Part shown: positions 40,287-49,978 of the stretch, one piece after another
How the letters are laid out: every line of letters begins with the position of its first letter
Position numbering within the stretch: position 1 is the first letter of the stretch
Origin: Cyclobacteriaceae bacterium
Lineage (GTDB): Bacteria > Bacteroidota > Bacteroidia > Cytophagales > Cyclobacteriaceae
Direction: 5' to 3'
Assembly (NCBI GenBank): GCA_965223915.1
Contig: OZ245027.1
Span: forward strand, 109,646-173,645
Length of the DNA stretch: 64,000 bases
Made by a program: the position numbers and the translations under genes
The notes under the pieces: model-generated
Seen by the model: the letters and a program-made list of their open reading frames with translations, nothing else
The model's database searches: none
What the model was told of the DNA's origin: nothing

Positions 40287-40970
40287 TTATTCCTTTTCCG
40301 GTCGAATCCCAAAAATCAATAAATACCCGATCATCCAGAACTCTCCTATCGTTGCAGGGATAACCAGGAATTCTCTCCACGAACTTCCCACTCCGGTGTA
40401 GTTGAGGACCACATTCAACAGGTAGCCCGCACCTCCTATAATCAGGGTTCGTCCAAGCCAAACAGGCATTCGCTTAGAACTGGTAACGATGTATCCCATC
40501 GGGATCAGCCAAAGGCCAAAGAACAGACTGCCAACTCCCCAGGCATCTTTTATCAGACGGCTTAAAAGTTCAATGATGATTGTTTTGTTTTCAATACTCT
40601 GGGAAGAGTGATTGGCAATTTCAATGGCAGACCCCATTGAAATGGCACTGATCATGATGACCACGGCATTAACCATACCCCAAATAGCGAGTGTCCATGC
40701 AGCCCATTCATTGATATTTTTAAACAGCTTATAAAACCATACAGCGGTAAGGGCCTGTGACACAATAATGCCGAATTCAAAAAGTAGCCTGGTTCGGGCA
40801 AGAGATTCCTGGTCTATCAGATTCGTCAGCGTCTTTTGAGGTGACTCCGGATCAAAAATCTGTGTGTGAAAAATCATGAATCCAAGAAGTCCTGAAATGG
40901 CCATAAGCAGGTACCAGATTCCGGCCACCCTTGCAGTGCCTACCAATTGACTTTGTTTGTTAGTCATCAT
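40287..40970 (-). CDS. DUF4386-family membrane protein
   Basis: Start at ATG 40970 (MMTNKQSQLVGTARVAGIWYLLMAISG...). It has multiple TM helices, and the pattern AGi.yl......g......i resembles DUF4386. Confidence 0.65.
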   Translation of the reverse strand: MMTNKQSQLVGTARVAGIWYLLMAISGLLGFMIFHTQIFDPESPQKTLTNLIDQESLARTRLLFEFGIIVSQALTAVWFYKLFKNINEWAAWTLAIWGMVNAVVIMISAISMGSAIEIANHSSQSIENKTIIIELLSRLIKDAWGVGSLFFGLWLIPMGYIVTSSKRMPVWLGRTLIIGGAGYLLNVVLNYTGVGSSWREFLVIPATIGEFWMIGYLLIFGIRPEKE

Positions 40971-41082
40971 CTTAATTGTTGTGGTGTTACCCTTCAGGGC
41001 GTGTTGTGCGTATTGGTTTGCCAAGATAAAGGGTTTTCAGCAAAATTTGAATGAGGGTTTTTTGGAAGGGAATTGCTGATAA

Positions 41083-41158
41083 AGCTATCACATGATACAA
41101 TCGCGCACGAGCTTTTTTATCAGACTTCCTTCCCGTCTGGTGAGGACACCAGCCGGGG
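41083..41158. repeat. REP-like cluster (family F plus family D)
   Basis: 41083-41113 is agctatcacatgatacaatcgcgcacgagct (family F). 41132-41158 is cCCGTCTGGTGaggaCACCAGcCGGgg (family D). Confidence 0.7.
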
Positions 41159-41203
41159 GAGCTGAGCACTAGCTTTTATTTAGCAGGTGAGTTGGCATTT
41201 CCG

Positions 41204-41632
41204 TCAACCCTCAAACGGCCCGTCATACCCTGTCAGCGCCTCTCTGATCCAGTCCGCCATGGGAATGGTCCTGCGATTGACCGGGTCGAACATCACCTGG
41301 GCAGTACTGCCTGTCGCGTGGAGGATCTCTTCACCGTCTTTTTCCGTTGTGATCGCATATTCCAGACCAAAACTCTTATTGCCAATTTGGGAGGTGCGAA
41401 CATGTACTTTGGGTACAATATGGGTCAACATCAACTCCTTTTTAAAGTCCACATGGACACTCGCAATGAGGAAGATGTGTTGTTTCCAGTCCCAATCCGG
41501 GCAGACTTCACCGATATAGGCGCCACGTGCCATCTCAAAGTAAGTAACGAAAACGGCATTATTGACGTGGCCCAGCGGATCAAGGTCCTGCCAGCGAATA
41601 TGTACGGGTATCGAAAATTTAAATCCTTCCAT
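41204..41632 (-). CDS. Hotdog-fold acyl-CoA thioesterase (4HBT/YbgC-like)
   Basis: IPVHIRWQDLDPLGHVNNAVFVTYFEMARGAYI is the typical 4HBT N-terminal motif. The two plus-strand ORFs over this DNA are antisense artefacts. Confidence 0.8.
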   Translation of the reverse strand: MEGFKFSIPVHIRWQDLDPLGHVNNAVFVTYFEMARGAYIGEVCPDWDWKQHIFLIASVHVDFKKELMLTHIVPKVHVRTSQIGNKSFGLEYAITTEKDGEEILHATGSTAQVMFDPVNRRTIPMADWIREALTGYDGPFEG

Positions 41633-41702
41633 TTTGGTTAAGGGTTTGAAAATACAATTCTATGGAAGGATGGCTTAAATTCATTCCGAATGAAGGTTTT
41701 AT

Positions 41703-42620
41703 TTAAAACGCCTCCATCGCCAGCTCCCGGTTGATGGCCGCTCCGGCCATATTTCCACTGGAAACGGCCTGAGCCACCGCCCTGAACTGAATGATACTGT
41801 CCCCACAGGCATATACGCCTGGAACAGTGGTAGCATTGAGCATGTCTACCTTAATAAGTCCCTGATCAGTCAGCTCACAACCCAGTGATACCGGTATGTC
41901 GGTGCTCTGTTCAAAAGGTACCGGAGCGTACAAGGCATCCAGCTTTACTTTTCCCCCGTCCTTCAGGATCACCTCACTTAAATAGCCCTCCCGATGAACA
42001 ATCTCATTCACTTCGGTATCAATTACTTCAATCCCCTTTTGCTGTATTTTTTTGAGGAATTCAGCATCTACATCATGCTGGCCCTGAGTAAAAAAGACCA
42101 CATCATTTGAGAGGTTAAATATCAATGGAACAAAGTGTGTGGCATGCTCACCTTTTGTTATAATACCCGTCCGTTTGAACTTATTTTCATATCCATGACA
42201 GTATGGACAGTGGATCACTGAAATGCCCCAGCATTCAGCAAACCCTTTGATAGGTGGCATAAGGTCTTTGACACCTGTGGCAAAAATCAGTTTCTTAGCC
42301 CTGAAGGACTCGCCGTCCATTGTATCTATTTCAAAACCATCCTCAACCTTCCTTCCCTTGCTGGCGAGTCCGTTCAGGAATTGTACGGTCTGGTATTGCT
42401 CTACCTGCTGCCTGGCAAGGGCAGATATCTCGGCAGGAGTCTTCCCATCCTGGGTGAGAAAATTGTGTGAGTGAGGTGTCTGTCGGTTACAGGGATGACC
42501 ACTGTCTATGACCAAAACATCCCTGAGCGAACGTCCAAGCACCATGGCTGCCGATAATCCTGCATAGCTTCCTCCGATAATGATAACATCAAATATTCTT
42601 TCTCTCATGGGTTGATTCAA
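41703..42620 (-). CDS. NAD(P)/FAD-dependent oxidoreductase, thioredoxin-reductase-like
   Basis: FDVIIIGGSYAGLSAAMVLGR FAD motif, a redox CxxC (HCPYCHGYE), and C-terminal GVYACGD. Confidence 0.8.
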   Translation of the reverse strand: MNQPMRERIFDVIIIGGSYAGLSAAMVLGRSLRDVLVIDSGHPCNRQTPHSHNFLTQDGKTPAEISALARQQVEQYQTVQFLNGLASKGRKVEDGFEIDTMDGESFRAKKLIFATGVKDLMPPIKGFAECWGISVIHCPYCHGYENKFKRTGIITKGEHATHFVPLIFNLSNDVVFFTQGQHDVDAEFLKKIQQKGIEVIDTEVNEIVHREGYLSEVILKDGGKVKLDALYAPVPFEQSTDIPVSLGCELTDQGLIKVDMLNATTVPGVYACGDSIIQFRAVAQAVSSGNMAGAAINRELAMEAF

Positions 42621-42651
42621 ATTAGGATACTAAGCTAAACAATACGGAGAT

Positions 42652-42672
42652 ATATGCAACTATGTTGCATAT
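42652..42672. promoter_or_regulatory. Perfect 9-3-9 palindrome upstream of the oxidoreductase gene (candidate operator)
   Basis: ATATGCAACtatGTTGCATAT lies 32 nt upstream of the start codon at 42620 (minus strand). Confidence 0.3.
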
Positions 42673-42699
42673 AAATTACCTTCCTCCTGACTGGTTTTT

Positions 42700-42954
42700 T
42701 CTTATGCGAGGGATTTGGGTTGAACTCTTCAAATGGGATTTTAACCAACGCCTCGTCTCCATTGAAGTAAATCATCCCATTGCAGCCTACCTTTCCAAAT
42801 CATCCATCTGCAGGTAAGATACATGCGTGAAAATGTTATCTACTGTGGATTTCACTATCAATGTCTCCGACTCATAAAGCACGAAAGGTACTTCGCTTTT
42901 AGAACAGCCTGAGAAAGTGATGGCACAGGTTAGCGGCAGGAAGAATAGCTTCAT
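42700..42954 (-). pseudogene. Remnant of a subclass B1 metallo-beta-lactamase gene (N-terminal third only, frameshifted)
   Basis: From ATG 42954: MKLFFLPLTCAITFSGCSK...LIVKSTVDNIFTHVSYLQMDD, then a stop. The next frame continues FGKVGCNGMIYFNGDEALVKIP. Together these resemble the CcrA-type N-terminus (ItqLsdkvYtyvS....G.vpSNGmiv.n...AaLlDTP). No HxHxDH region follows. Confidence 0.5.
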
Positions 42955-43008
42955 GGTACAACAAATTCCTCTCACCATTAAAGAAAATACCTTTATCCCA
43001 ACTACATT

Positions 43009-43743
43009 TTATTGTGTCAATGCTGAATCAATTTCCTGAACCACAGCGGAACTTTTGATGGAATCCAATGCTGATTTCAGCAGATCTGTGAATACTGATG
43101 ATGACAAATCCTGATTGGAGAGGATCTCTGTAATTTTGGCCGGTGTTTCTTCGTCGAACGGTTCTGACAATATCGGCTGCGCAAACTTGGCCATGGCGAT
43201 TTCGATTTGATTGTATGAGATGTTATCCGCTTTGACCCAGCCACTCTTAAACCATTTTTCACCTGTTGGACGACCCTTTACCTCCGCCCAGGTGTCCTGA
43301 ACCTGAGTAACTGCAACAATGTCCATTTTGAAAAACTTATCATCTGTCTTTGTGAGAAGGTCCGGACGCTTATAGATATTGGTTTCCTCTATTAATACAG
43401 CGGGCTCAGCTTCCGCAGCAACGAATTCTGAACGTACCCAGCCCTCGGTACCATCATTCAAACGGACATTCAGAAAAACTTTGTCATCAGTGCTTGTTTC
43501 TTCCACGCCTAAATAGGTAAGCTTTTCACCCAGGCTGAGTGATGTTACATATTCCCCTTTGTCGGATGGTGTTTCACGAATAGAGATCTTGTCCCAGATG
43601 CTCACGGCTTCCACTTCTTTGGGAGCTGCCTCCTCGGGAGCTGCCTCTGTTGTGCTGGTTTCACTTTGACTTTGGCTTTGAGACCCACCGCAAGAATACA
43701 CTGCAATGGCGAGTAACAGGATTATTGAGAATTGAAGTTTCAT
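43009..43743 (-). CDS. Lipoprotein with two bacterial SH3-like domains
   Basis: Lipobox LLAIAVYSCGG followed by a low-complexity linker. Two segments resemble SH3b: IWDKISIRETPSDKGEYVTSLSLGEKLTYLG and TNIYKRPDLLTKTDDKFFKMDIVAV. Confidence 0.65.
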   Translation of the reverse strand: MKLQFSIILLLAIAVYSCGGSQSQSQSETSTTEAAPEEAAPKEVEAVSIWDKISIRETPSDKGEYVTSLSLGEKLTYLGVEETSTDDKVFLNVRLNDGTEGWVRSEFVAAEAEPAVLIEETNIYKRPDLLTKTDDKFFKMDIVAVTQVQDTWAEVKGRPTGEKWFKSGWVKADNISYNQIEIAMAKFAQPILSEPFDEETPAKITEILSNQDLSSSVFTDLLKSALDSIKSSAVVQEIDSALTQ

Positions 43744-43917
43744 TAGGCTTGATGATTAGGCGTTAAATATTGATTGTAACTGTATTTGTGAAAATGGTAA
43801 AATAATTTAAAACATCAAAGACATCAAGGAGAATTCAAACCATGAAATGCAAATTTTTTAAACGAAAAAGAAAAGGTTATTTTCCTGCACAACCCATGTA
43901 GTTTGACATGAAGCAGA

Positions 43918-46335
43918 CTAGAATCTATATTTAAAAGCAGCCCTCAGGGATTGGGTTTCATAAAAATTCTGGTAATCAGCCACGAAGCCAATGCCATTGA
44001 TCTCCTGTCTCAAGCCGTACCTGTTGAAGACATCACTCATGGAAATGGTTAGCTCACCTTTCCCGTTGAATAACTTTTGCTGAGCTCCGAAGTCTACTGA
44101 GCTTCTGGACAACTGCCTGCCCTGGGGGATACTTTTATCTGCTGCATAGAGGCTGGTGAGCTGTAGCTGTAGCTGATCATTCACCTTGAAAGTATTCACC
44201 ACTTTTATATCCCAGGTCAAATCTGAATCTTCAGCAATCTCAAAGTTGTGCTTGTAAGGGAACAATAGCTGCCCGGTGAATTCATTGATCCTGATATTGT
44301 ACAGGTTAAGGTTTCCCGACACTTTCCATACTTTGTTGAATTCCTGGCTGACAATCAACTCCACCCCACTATGATTCATGGAACCCGTATTGGCATAGCT
44401 TTTAACCACCACGTTGTAGATGCTGGTGGTATCTTCGGTATATACCCGCTGAAATGGATCATCTATAAACCGAAGATAACCTGAAATAAAAATGGATCCG
44501 CTTTCCCAGTAATTCTGAAATGCCAGCTCAGCAGATTGTGCATACTGGGGCCTAAGATATGGGTTACCAACCTTCACGAGTTCATGGTCATCAGATTTGG
44601 TATAAATGCGCAATTCAGGCTCTCCCGGTCTGTCAATACGTTGGTTAAAGAATGCAGACATCCTGTTATTTTCATTGAGCTTGTAAGTGAACCTGATATT
44701 GGGAAACAGGCGGAAGTAATTGTAGCTGTCGTTTTCGTCATAATAGGTATTGGCCGCGTCTATGTTATAAAACACATCCGTATATTCAGCCCTAATCCCT
44801 CCCTCTATGTCATATTCCTTTTTCTCATGCACCCAATTGGCATAGGCAGCATAAATCCGCTCTCCCCACCTCGAAAAATTACCGAGTCCGTCGTACAACA
44901 TCGAATTCTGATCTCGTTGCTGCTCATATGTTACGGGTAAGTTTCTGATCTGAACTTTTCCTCCTGATTCCAGACGACCACTTGCAGTGGGTTTTACATA
45001 ATCCACGCCAGCACTGGTAATATGTTCCGTGCCAAGCACACTGGTGACATCCCTACCATTGGAACGGATGGCGGAGCTATCATTGACAAAATAGGTTTCA
45101 TCTTCCCAGCCCTTTGAATATTGAAGATTGGCCTGTACGTTGTGACCATACTGATTAAATTTATGCTCAAACCGAAGGGCGTAGTTCAGGTATCCGGTGA
45201 TTTCCTCTTCATTCCAGGTAATATATCTGGTGCGAACATCATCCTGATTGACATAGGCTACCTGTGCTGTATCTACATGTGATTCCCAATCGTAGATGCC
45301 CGAAATGGTTAAAGTATTCATCCCGTCGAACAAATAATCAAATCCTCCTTTGATGATGTAATGGGTTTGAGACCTGTTTTCCGGCACCTGCGAGGAAATC
45401 GTTGTACCATCGTCATAAAATCGGGTGGTGAATTCATTGTTTGGCAGCCGCTCCTGAAATAGGATTTCGGACTGAAGAAAGAAATTAAACTTGTCTTGTT
45501 TCATGTTCAGATCCAGGCTGGGGATATATTTGGGTGTGGGGGAATAGCTGCCCAGGTCTGTGGGCAGGTCCGGCTTACGTTTAGTAAAAACCCCAAGACC
45601 ACATGCAAATCCTGCTGAGCCATGAAGTCCGGTCTGCCTTTCTTTTTTATATACAATATTGATGATACCGGCCATCCCGTTAGCATCATATTTTGCAGAT
45701 GGGTTGTTGATGATCTCGATCCGTTCAATATTAGCCGCCGGGAGGTTATCCAATCCTTTTTGGTTACCGTAGCCAGTCAGGCTGGACTGCTTGCCATCTA
45801 TCAGGACAATGACTTTATCGCTTCCCCTTAGTATGATTTTCCCATCCTGATCGAAAGAAACTCCCGGCATTGCTTTCATCGCATCCATCACCGATCCACC
45901 AGATTGAGCTATGTTTTGTTGCATACTATATGACTTCATGTCGAGTCCAGCTGCTATTTCGGCCCGCTCTCCAGTCACTATGACTTCCTCCAACTCCTCT
46001 GAAGAAGCTTTGATCGTGATCCTACCCAGATTATAGTTTTGATTCAATTGTCCGATATGGATTTCCCTGGTCGATTCCTCGTACCCTACACAGGTTATGG
46101 TTAGCTGATAATTACCTGGTTTGATCCCTTCGATAATGAATTGACCATCCTCCCCGGAAATCCCACCATTGATTAGGTCTCCGGAATCGTTGGTGATCAC
46201 AATTGATGCAAATGGAACGGATTGGTTCGTCTCAGCGTCAAAAAGTTGCCCGATGATCCTTGTATCCGTTTGAGCATAGGTGTGTTTAAAAATGATACCC
46301 AACAAAATAAATAACAGTACAGATCTTGTTACCAT
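43918..46335 (-). CDS. TonB-dependent outer-membrane receptor (CarboxypepD_reg + plug + barrel)
   Basis: 805-aa ORF. N-terminus: IGQLFDAETNQSVPFASIVITN...GQFIIEGIKPGNYQLTITCVGYE. Plug-like DGKIILRGSDKVIVLIDGK. The terminal ...LRAAFKYRF aromatic residue is typical of OM barrels. Confidence 0.85.
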   Translation of the reverse strand: MVTRSVLLFILLGIIFKHTYAQTDTRIIGQLFDAETNQSVPFASIVITNDSGDLINGGISGEDGQFIIEGIKPGNYQLTITCVGYEESTREIHIGQLNQNYNLGRITIKASSEELEEVIVTGERAEIAAGLDMKSYSMQQNIAQSGGSVMDAMKAMPGVSFDQDGKIILRGSDKVIVLIDGKQSSLTGYGNQKGLDNLPAANIERIEIINNPSAKYDANGMAGIINIVYKKERQTGLHGSAGFACGLGVFTKRKPDLPTDLGSYSPTPKYIPSLDLNMKQDKFNFFLQSEILFQERLPNNEFTTRFYDDGTTISSQVPENRSQTHYIIKGGFDYLFDGMNTLTISGIYDWESHVDTAQVAYVNQDDVRTRYITWNEEEITGYLNYALRFEHKFNQYGHNVQANLQYSKGWEDETYFVNDSSAIRSNGRDVTSVLGTEHITSAGVDYVKPTASGRLESGGKVQIRNLPVTYEQQRDQNSMLYDGLGNFSRWGERIYAAYANWVHEKKEYDIEGGIRAEYTDVFYNIDAANTYYDENDSYNYFRLFPNIRFTYKLNENNRMSAFFNQRIDRPGEPELRIYTKSDDHELVKVGNPYLRPQYAQSAELAFQNYWESGSIFISGYLRFIDDPFQRVYTEDTTSIYNVVVKSYANTGSMNHSGVELIVSQEFNKVWKVSGNLNLYNIRINEFTGQLLFPYKHNFEIAEDSDLTWDIKVVNTFKVNDQLQLQLTSLYAADKSIPQGRQLSRSSVDFGAQQKLFNGKGELTISMSDVFNRYGLRQEINGIGFVADYQNFYETQSLRAAFKYRF

Positions 46336-46438
46336 TGACTTTCAGTTATGACGCTATCTGGTGCAATTTACATCTGGTAGAATACATGAGCCTTAAAACC
46401 ATTAATTTGCTTATTGATATGAGATCAGGCGGACAAAT

Positions 46439-47065
46439 ATGACCACAATCCCTCCCCTCTATAAAAAACACCATCTTGACAAAGACCACACTTCCATTGG
46501 GCTGTTCCGGTCATTGAAAGAACTCACCGAAGTCAACAAAGTATTGTATCCGGGATCTCATGTCCATATCACCCCTTCCCTGATCTTCCCTGATGTGGTC
46601 TATGCCGACGCTTTCCGGGGCACGTACAAATTCTTCGATGACCCGCTGACTTTGGCTTATATCACAGCAAATAAGGAATATACAAGCAAACCTCTGGTAC
46701 GGTTCTATCAGCAGGATTACACGAAGCCATTTCCGGATTTAGCGAACGAATTTGACCTCCTGATCTCCCAATATGCAGGCTTCGTTGGACAGGCCACCAA
46801 ACACTATCTCAAAACCGGCGGGCTGTTGGTTTGCAACAACTCACATGGTGATGCTTCGATGGCTGCTATTGACCCCGATTACGAACTTTTTGCTGTATAC
46901 AGAAGGGTTAGTGATCAAAAATTTAACATTTCCACCAGGGGACTTGATGCATACCTCATTCCTAAGCGTGGCACCCATCCAACCAAAGAACAGCTGCTGA
47001 AATCACAGCGTGGGATCGCTTATACAAAGAGTCCATCGGGATATATTTTCAGAAAGGTAGGGTGA
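46439..47065 (+). CDS. Hypothetical protein (possibly methyltransferase-fold)
   Basis: 208-aa ORF with good coding look. VLYPGSHVHITPSLIFP...FDLLISQYAGF...GGLLVCNN is loosely Rossmann/MTase-like. I recognise no firm family. Confidence 0.45.
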   Translation: MTTIPPLYKKHHLDKDHTSIGLFRSLKELTEVNKVLYPGSHVHITPSLIFPDVVYADAFRGTYKFFDDPLTLAYITANKEYTSKPLVRFYQQDYTKPFPDLANEFDLLISQYAGFVGQATKHYLKTGGLLVCNNSHGDASMAAIDPDYELFAVYRRVSDQKFNISTRGLDAYLIPKRGTHPTKEQLLKSQRGIAYTKSPSGYIFRKVG

Positions 47066-47073
47066 TATGACAT

Positions 47074-47129
47074 TCAGACTTTCTGAAACTCCGACCGTCG
47101 GAAAGTCTGAACATCGGAAAGTCCGAACA
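47074..47129. terminator. Hairpin plus 16-bp tandem duplication between convergent genes
   Basis: TCAGACTTTCtgaaactccgaccgtcgGAAAGTCTGA forms a 10-bp perfect stem. It is followed by the direct repeat cggaaagtctgaacat / cggaaagtccgaacat. Confidence 0.4.
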
Positions 47130-47133
47130 TCCT

Positions 47134-47589
47134 TCACTCAATATCCTTCAAGAAATGCACCACCTCTTCCTCCTCCCAAAAACCTACACTTTTGTGAAAT
47201 TTTCTGGATTGCTTGTCATTGAGCCAGGTGTCGGAGCCCATCTGGATACAGCCATTCGCTTTGGCCCACTCCTCCCCCATCTTAACGAATTCCATGGCAA
47301 TGCCTTTTTTACGGTGGTCAGGCTCCACAAAAATGCCTTCCAGATAGCCTGTGGGTGATTGCCTGGCTCCTTCCACATATTCTTTCCTGATGGTGAAAAT
47401 GGCAAAGCCTATATTTTTGTCATCATTATTCTTTGCCATGATGATTTTTTGAGCACCCCATGTATGGGCTTCCTTCAACAATTTTCTTAGCTCAGCCTCA
47501 CTGAAATCCTTCCACAATTTGAGCCCCATCTGTAGCAGAGAATCAAAATCCGGATCCCGAAACTCATGGTAGGTAATTGGCGGGTTCAT
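47134..47589 (-). CDS. GNAT acetyltransferase, AAC(6')-I-like
   Basis: 151 aa. ...FTIRKEYVEGARQSPTGYLEGIFVEPDHRKKGIAMEFVKMGEEWAKANGCIQMGSDTWLNDKQSRKFHKSVGFWE parallels the AAC(6')-I pattern (YVEG...sPvgyLEGi.V.p..R..Gia..L....e.WA...Gc.EmaSD..l.N..S...H..lGF.E). Confidence 0.7.
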   Translation of the reverse strand: MNPPITYHEFRDPDFDSLLQMGLKLWKDFSEAELRKLLKEAHTWGAQKIIMAKNNDDKNIGFAIFTIRKEYVEGARQSPTGYLEGIFVEPDHRKKGIAMEFVKMGEEWAKANGCIQMGSDTWLNDKQSRKFHKSVGFWEEEEVVHFLKDIE

Positions 47590-47674
47590 AACGTGTTTTT
47601 CGGAAGTACTTTAGCTCTCTGTTTATTGTCAATGGAAGGACTCGGTCGAAAGGGTGTCCTATTGCTAAATATAA

Positions 47675-48301
47675 CTATGATTTAGTTAGCCGAAAAAGCC
47701 TGACCCCCATAAATGCAAACCACACAAAAAGTGTAAGTAAGAGCAGTCGTTGCCACATTCCATTGTGAGTAGATGCTTCAAACGAGTTGATCATTGCAGC
47801 CAGAAATCCTGCTGAGGCCACACAAGTGAGCATGGAGTAGATCCAGACAGGCCTCCAGACATCATGATTTCTGAAGGAAATACCCAACAGACCGCACCCA
47901 ATGATTGCTGAAAAGAAAGCAACGGCTGACACCTGATTATGGATCATATTTTCCATTGACCCTTGCTGCGGACAACCGGCATCACATGAAAAAAAACCGG
48001 CCATCAACACACCTGTACCGAATACAAGGATCAATATTGAGCCCAATCGAAGGCTGATGCTTTTCGGTAACAAAAAGAGCAGTGAAATACCAAAGGCAAC
48101 CATCGATAACCCCAATGGTAAAAACCCAAACAGATTCATCCCCATGGCATTGACTGTGCCTGTGGCTCCAAGTTCGCTGATGAATTGTGAAACATGATCA
48201 TAGTCACTCCTCAGGTTAGCATTGACTATAACCGCCAGCGTAAATATCGACGGACCAATTAAGCCCCCCAGTCCAAGGATTTTCAGGTTGATGGGTATCA
48301 T
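47675..48301 (-). CDS. DUF998-family membrane protein
   Basis: Six predicted TM helices. NLRSDYDHVSQFISELGATGTVNAMGMNLFGF resembles the DUF998 signature. Confidence 0.6.
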   Translation of the reverse strand: MIPINLKILGLGGLIGPSIFTLAVIVNANLRSDYDHVSQFISELGATGTVNAMGMNLFGFLPLGLSMVAFGISLLFLLPKSISLRLGSILILVFGTGVLMAGFFSCDAGCPQQGSMENMIHNQVSAVAFFSAIIGCGLLGISFRNHDVWRPVWIYSMLTCVASAGFLAAMINSFEASTHNGMWQRLLLLTLFVWFAFMGVRLFRLTKS

Positions 48302-48352
48302 GAACCCGGGTTTAAGGTTGGTATGAGCGTAAATTAACTTCTGCAGTTTGGG

Positions 48353-48592
48353 TCACTTATCCTCAGGAAGCGCCTCAAATTCCTTCTGCTTCTTTGCAAA
48401 CCATTCCTGCATGGCTTCAGGGTTTTGCATCAGCCCCTGCATGGCTTCCATCGCCTTCAGGTGAGCGTCGTCTCCATTTTGAAACATTTTTGTCCCATGC
48501 TTCCTGCTTAACTCGGCGATTTCCTCAAATGTATTGGCATGAAACTCCTTGTCACAAGCTCCGCCCAACTGTTTACATGTCATTGTTTTCAT
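48353..48592 (-). CDS. DUF1059-family small protein
   Basis: Start at ATG 48592: MKTMTCKQLGGACDKEFHANTFEEIAELSRKHG... Confidence 0.6.
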   Translation of the reverse strand: MKTMTCKQLGGACDKEFHANTFEEIAELSRKHGTKMFQNGDDAHLKAMEAMQGLMQNPEAMQEWFAKKQKEFEALPEDK

Positions 48593-48798
48593 CCTCTTCA
48601 GATTTAAAAATGTGAACAATCATCAGACAAACACTTCTAAAGTCAGTCCACACTGACTATGACTATTTGGTCATTTCCAAGGACTGATCGAAAATTTGCA
48701 TCCTATTAAATATAACAAAAAGTGAGGTAAAAGGAGCTAAACAGGCCTATTAAAATGAGTTAGAAAGACAAAATAAAATGGGTTATGCTACTGTTAAG

Positions 48799-49866
48799 CT
48801 ATGAAATGCGCCGCTCCGGCTCCTCTATTTTCAAAAACGCTTCTATCTCTTTCGCCGTGTGACGTGCTGTCTTTCCTACGCCATAAATGGTGGCAGAGGC
48901 AAAGCCCGTCCAGTGGCCATACCCTACCAACCACAATCCCGGCTCCCTCACAGAGCGGGTGAAATTGGTTTGGATACGCCCCTCCTGTATCAGGTTCAAA
49001 GATTCGAGGTGTGAAAAGTCAGGTTTAAAACCCGTACACCAGATCACCGCATCAAAGGATTCTTTGCTACCATGCTCCCAGATCACACCTTCCTCATAGA
49101 AGGATTGCATGGGTCGGTGATCCTCGTAGACATTTCGCTTTAGGGCTTCCTGCACGCTTTGCACCTGCACAATATCACTCAATGAGGCCTTCCGGTTAAA
49201 CTTGTCGGTTGACTTCCCAAAGTACCTTTCAGTGGCCTGATGAAACAAATAGCGTCCATCAATTTCCACAGGTAAGAAGTTCGGAGCTTCCGGTGTCACC
49301 CATTTCGTCTCCGCGACTTTGGATACTTCGGCAAGGATCTGAGCTCCGGAATTGCCTCCGCCAACAACCAGTACCTTCTTGTCCTTAAACTCCTGAGGAT
49401 CTCCGTAATCCATCGAATGAATTTGTACGCCTCTGTATTTACTTTGCTGCGGATATGCAGGTATGAAAGGGCCCGTTGCGGTACCCGTTGCACTGACCAC
49501 CACTTTGCTGTAGTATGATCCCTTCCGTGTGATTACCTCGAAGACACCACCCTGCTTCGCTACATCGGTCACTGAAGTATTTCGGAGAACCGGAAAATCG
49601 TATCGTTGCTCATATTTTGTAAGGTAATCGATGAACTCATCCCTGGTCGGGTATTCATTTTTGCCCGGAGGCATTTGCCATCCTGACAACGAGCTGTAGG
49701 TGGCGGGTGAGAATAGCTTCAGACTCTTCCAGGTTTGCAGCCAGGCACCGCCCGGTCTGTCCCGGTCGTCGAGAATAACATAGTCCAGGTTTGTCCTCCT
49801 CAGGAAATAAGCTACGGAGAGTCCTGCGTGACCTCCACCTATGATAATGACGTCGTGTTTGTGCAC
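48799..49866 (-). CDS. FAD/NAD(P)-dependent flavin monooxygenase-like oxidoreductase (ArsO-like family)
   Basis: HDVIIIGGGHAGLSVAYFL, then a second dinucleotide motif (VLVVGGGNSGAQI). GGAW..W.SL.LFSP near the N-terminus is typical of this FMO-like group. Confidence 0.7.
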   Translation of the reverse strand: MHKHDVIIIGGGHAGLSVAYFLRRTNLDYVILDDRDRPGGAWLQTWKSLKLFSPATYSSLSGWQMPPGKNEYPTRDEFIDYLTKYEQRYDFPVLRNTSVTDVAKQGGVFEVITRKGSYYSKVVVSATGTATGPFIPAYPQQSKYRGVQIHSMDYGDPQEFKDKKVLVVGGGNSGAQILAEVSKVAETKWVTPEAPNFLPVEIDGRYLFHQATERYFGKSTDKFNRKASLSDIVQVQSVQEALKRNVYEDHRPMQSFYEEGVIWEHGSKESFDAVIWCTGFKPDFSHLESLNLIQEGRIQTNFTRSVREPGLWLVGYGHWTGFASATIYGVGKTARHTAKEIEAFLKIEEPERRIS

Positions 49867-49978
49867 AGATTTTTAGATGGTCTTTACCAGAGAAATTTTT
49901 GAACAGCTCTTGGATCTATCTGCTCAGGGATATCATAACGCAAGTTGATGTGAAACTGTTTTAGCAAGTCGCCTGGGT

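Noticed and set aside
41187-41641. Two plus-strand ORFs (110 and 149 aa) over the thioesterase locus
   Set aside because: The minus-strand frame has the 4HBT hotdog motif (DLDPLGHVNNAVF). The plus-strand frames have no recognisable features.
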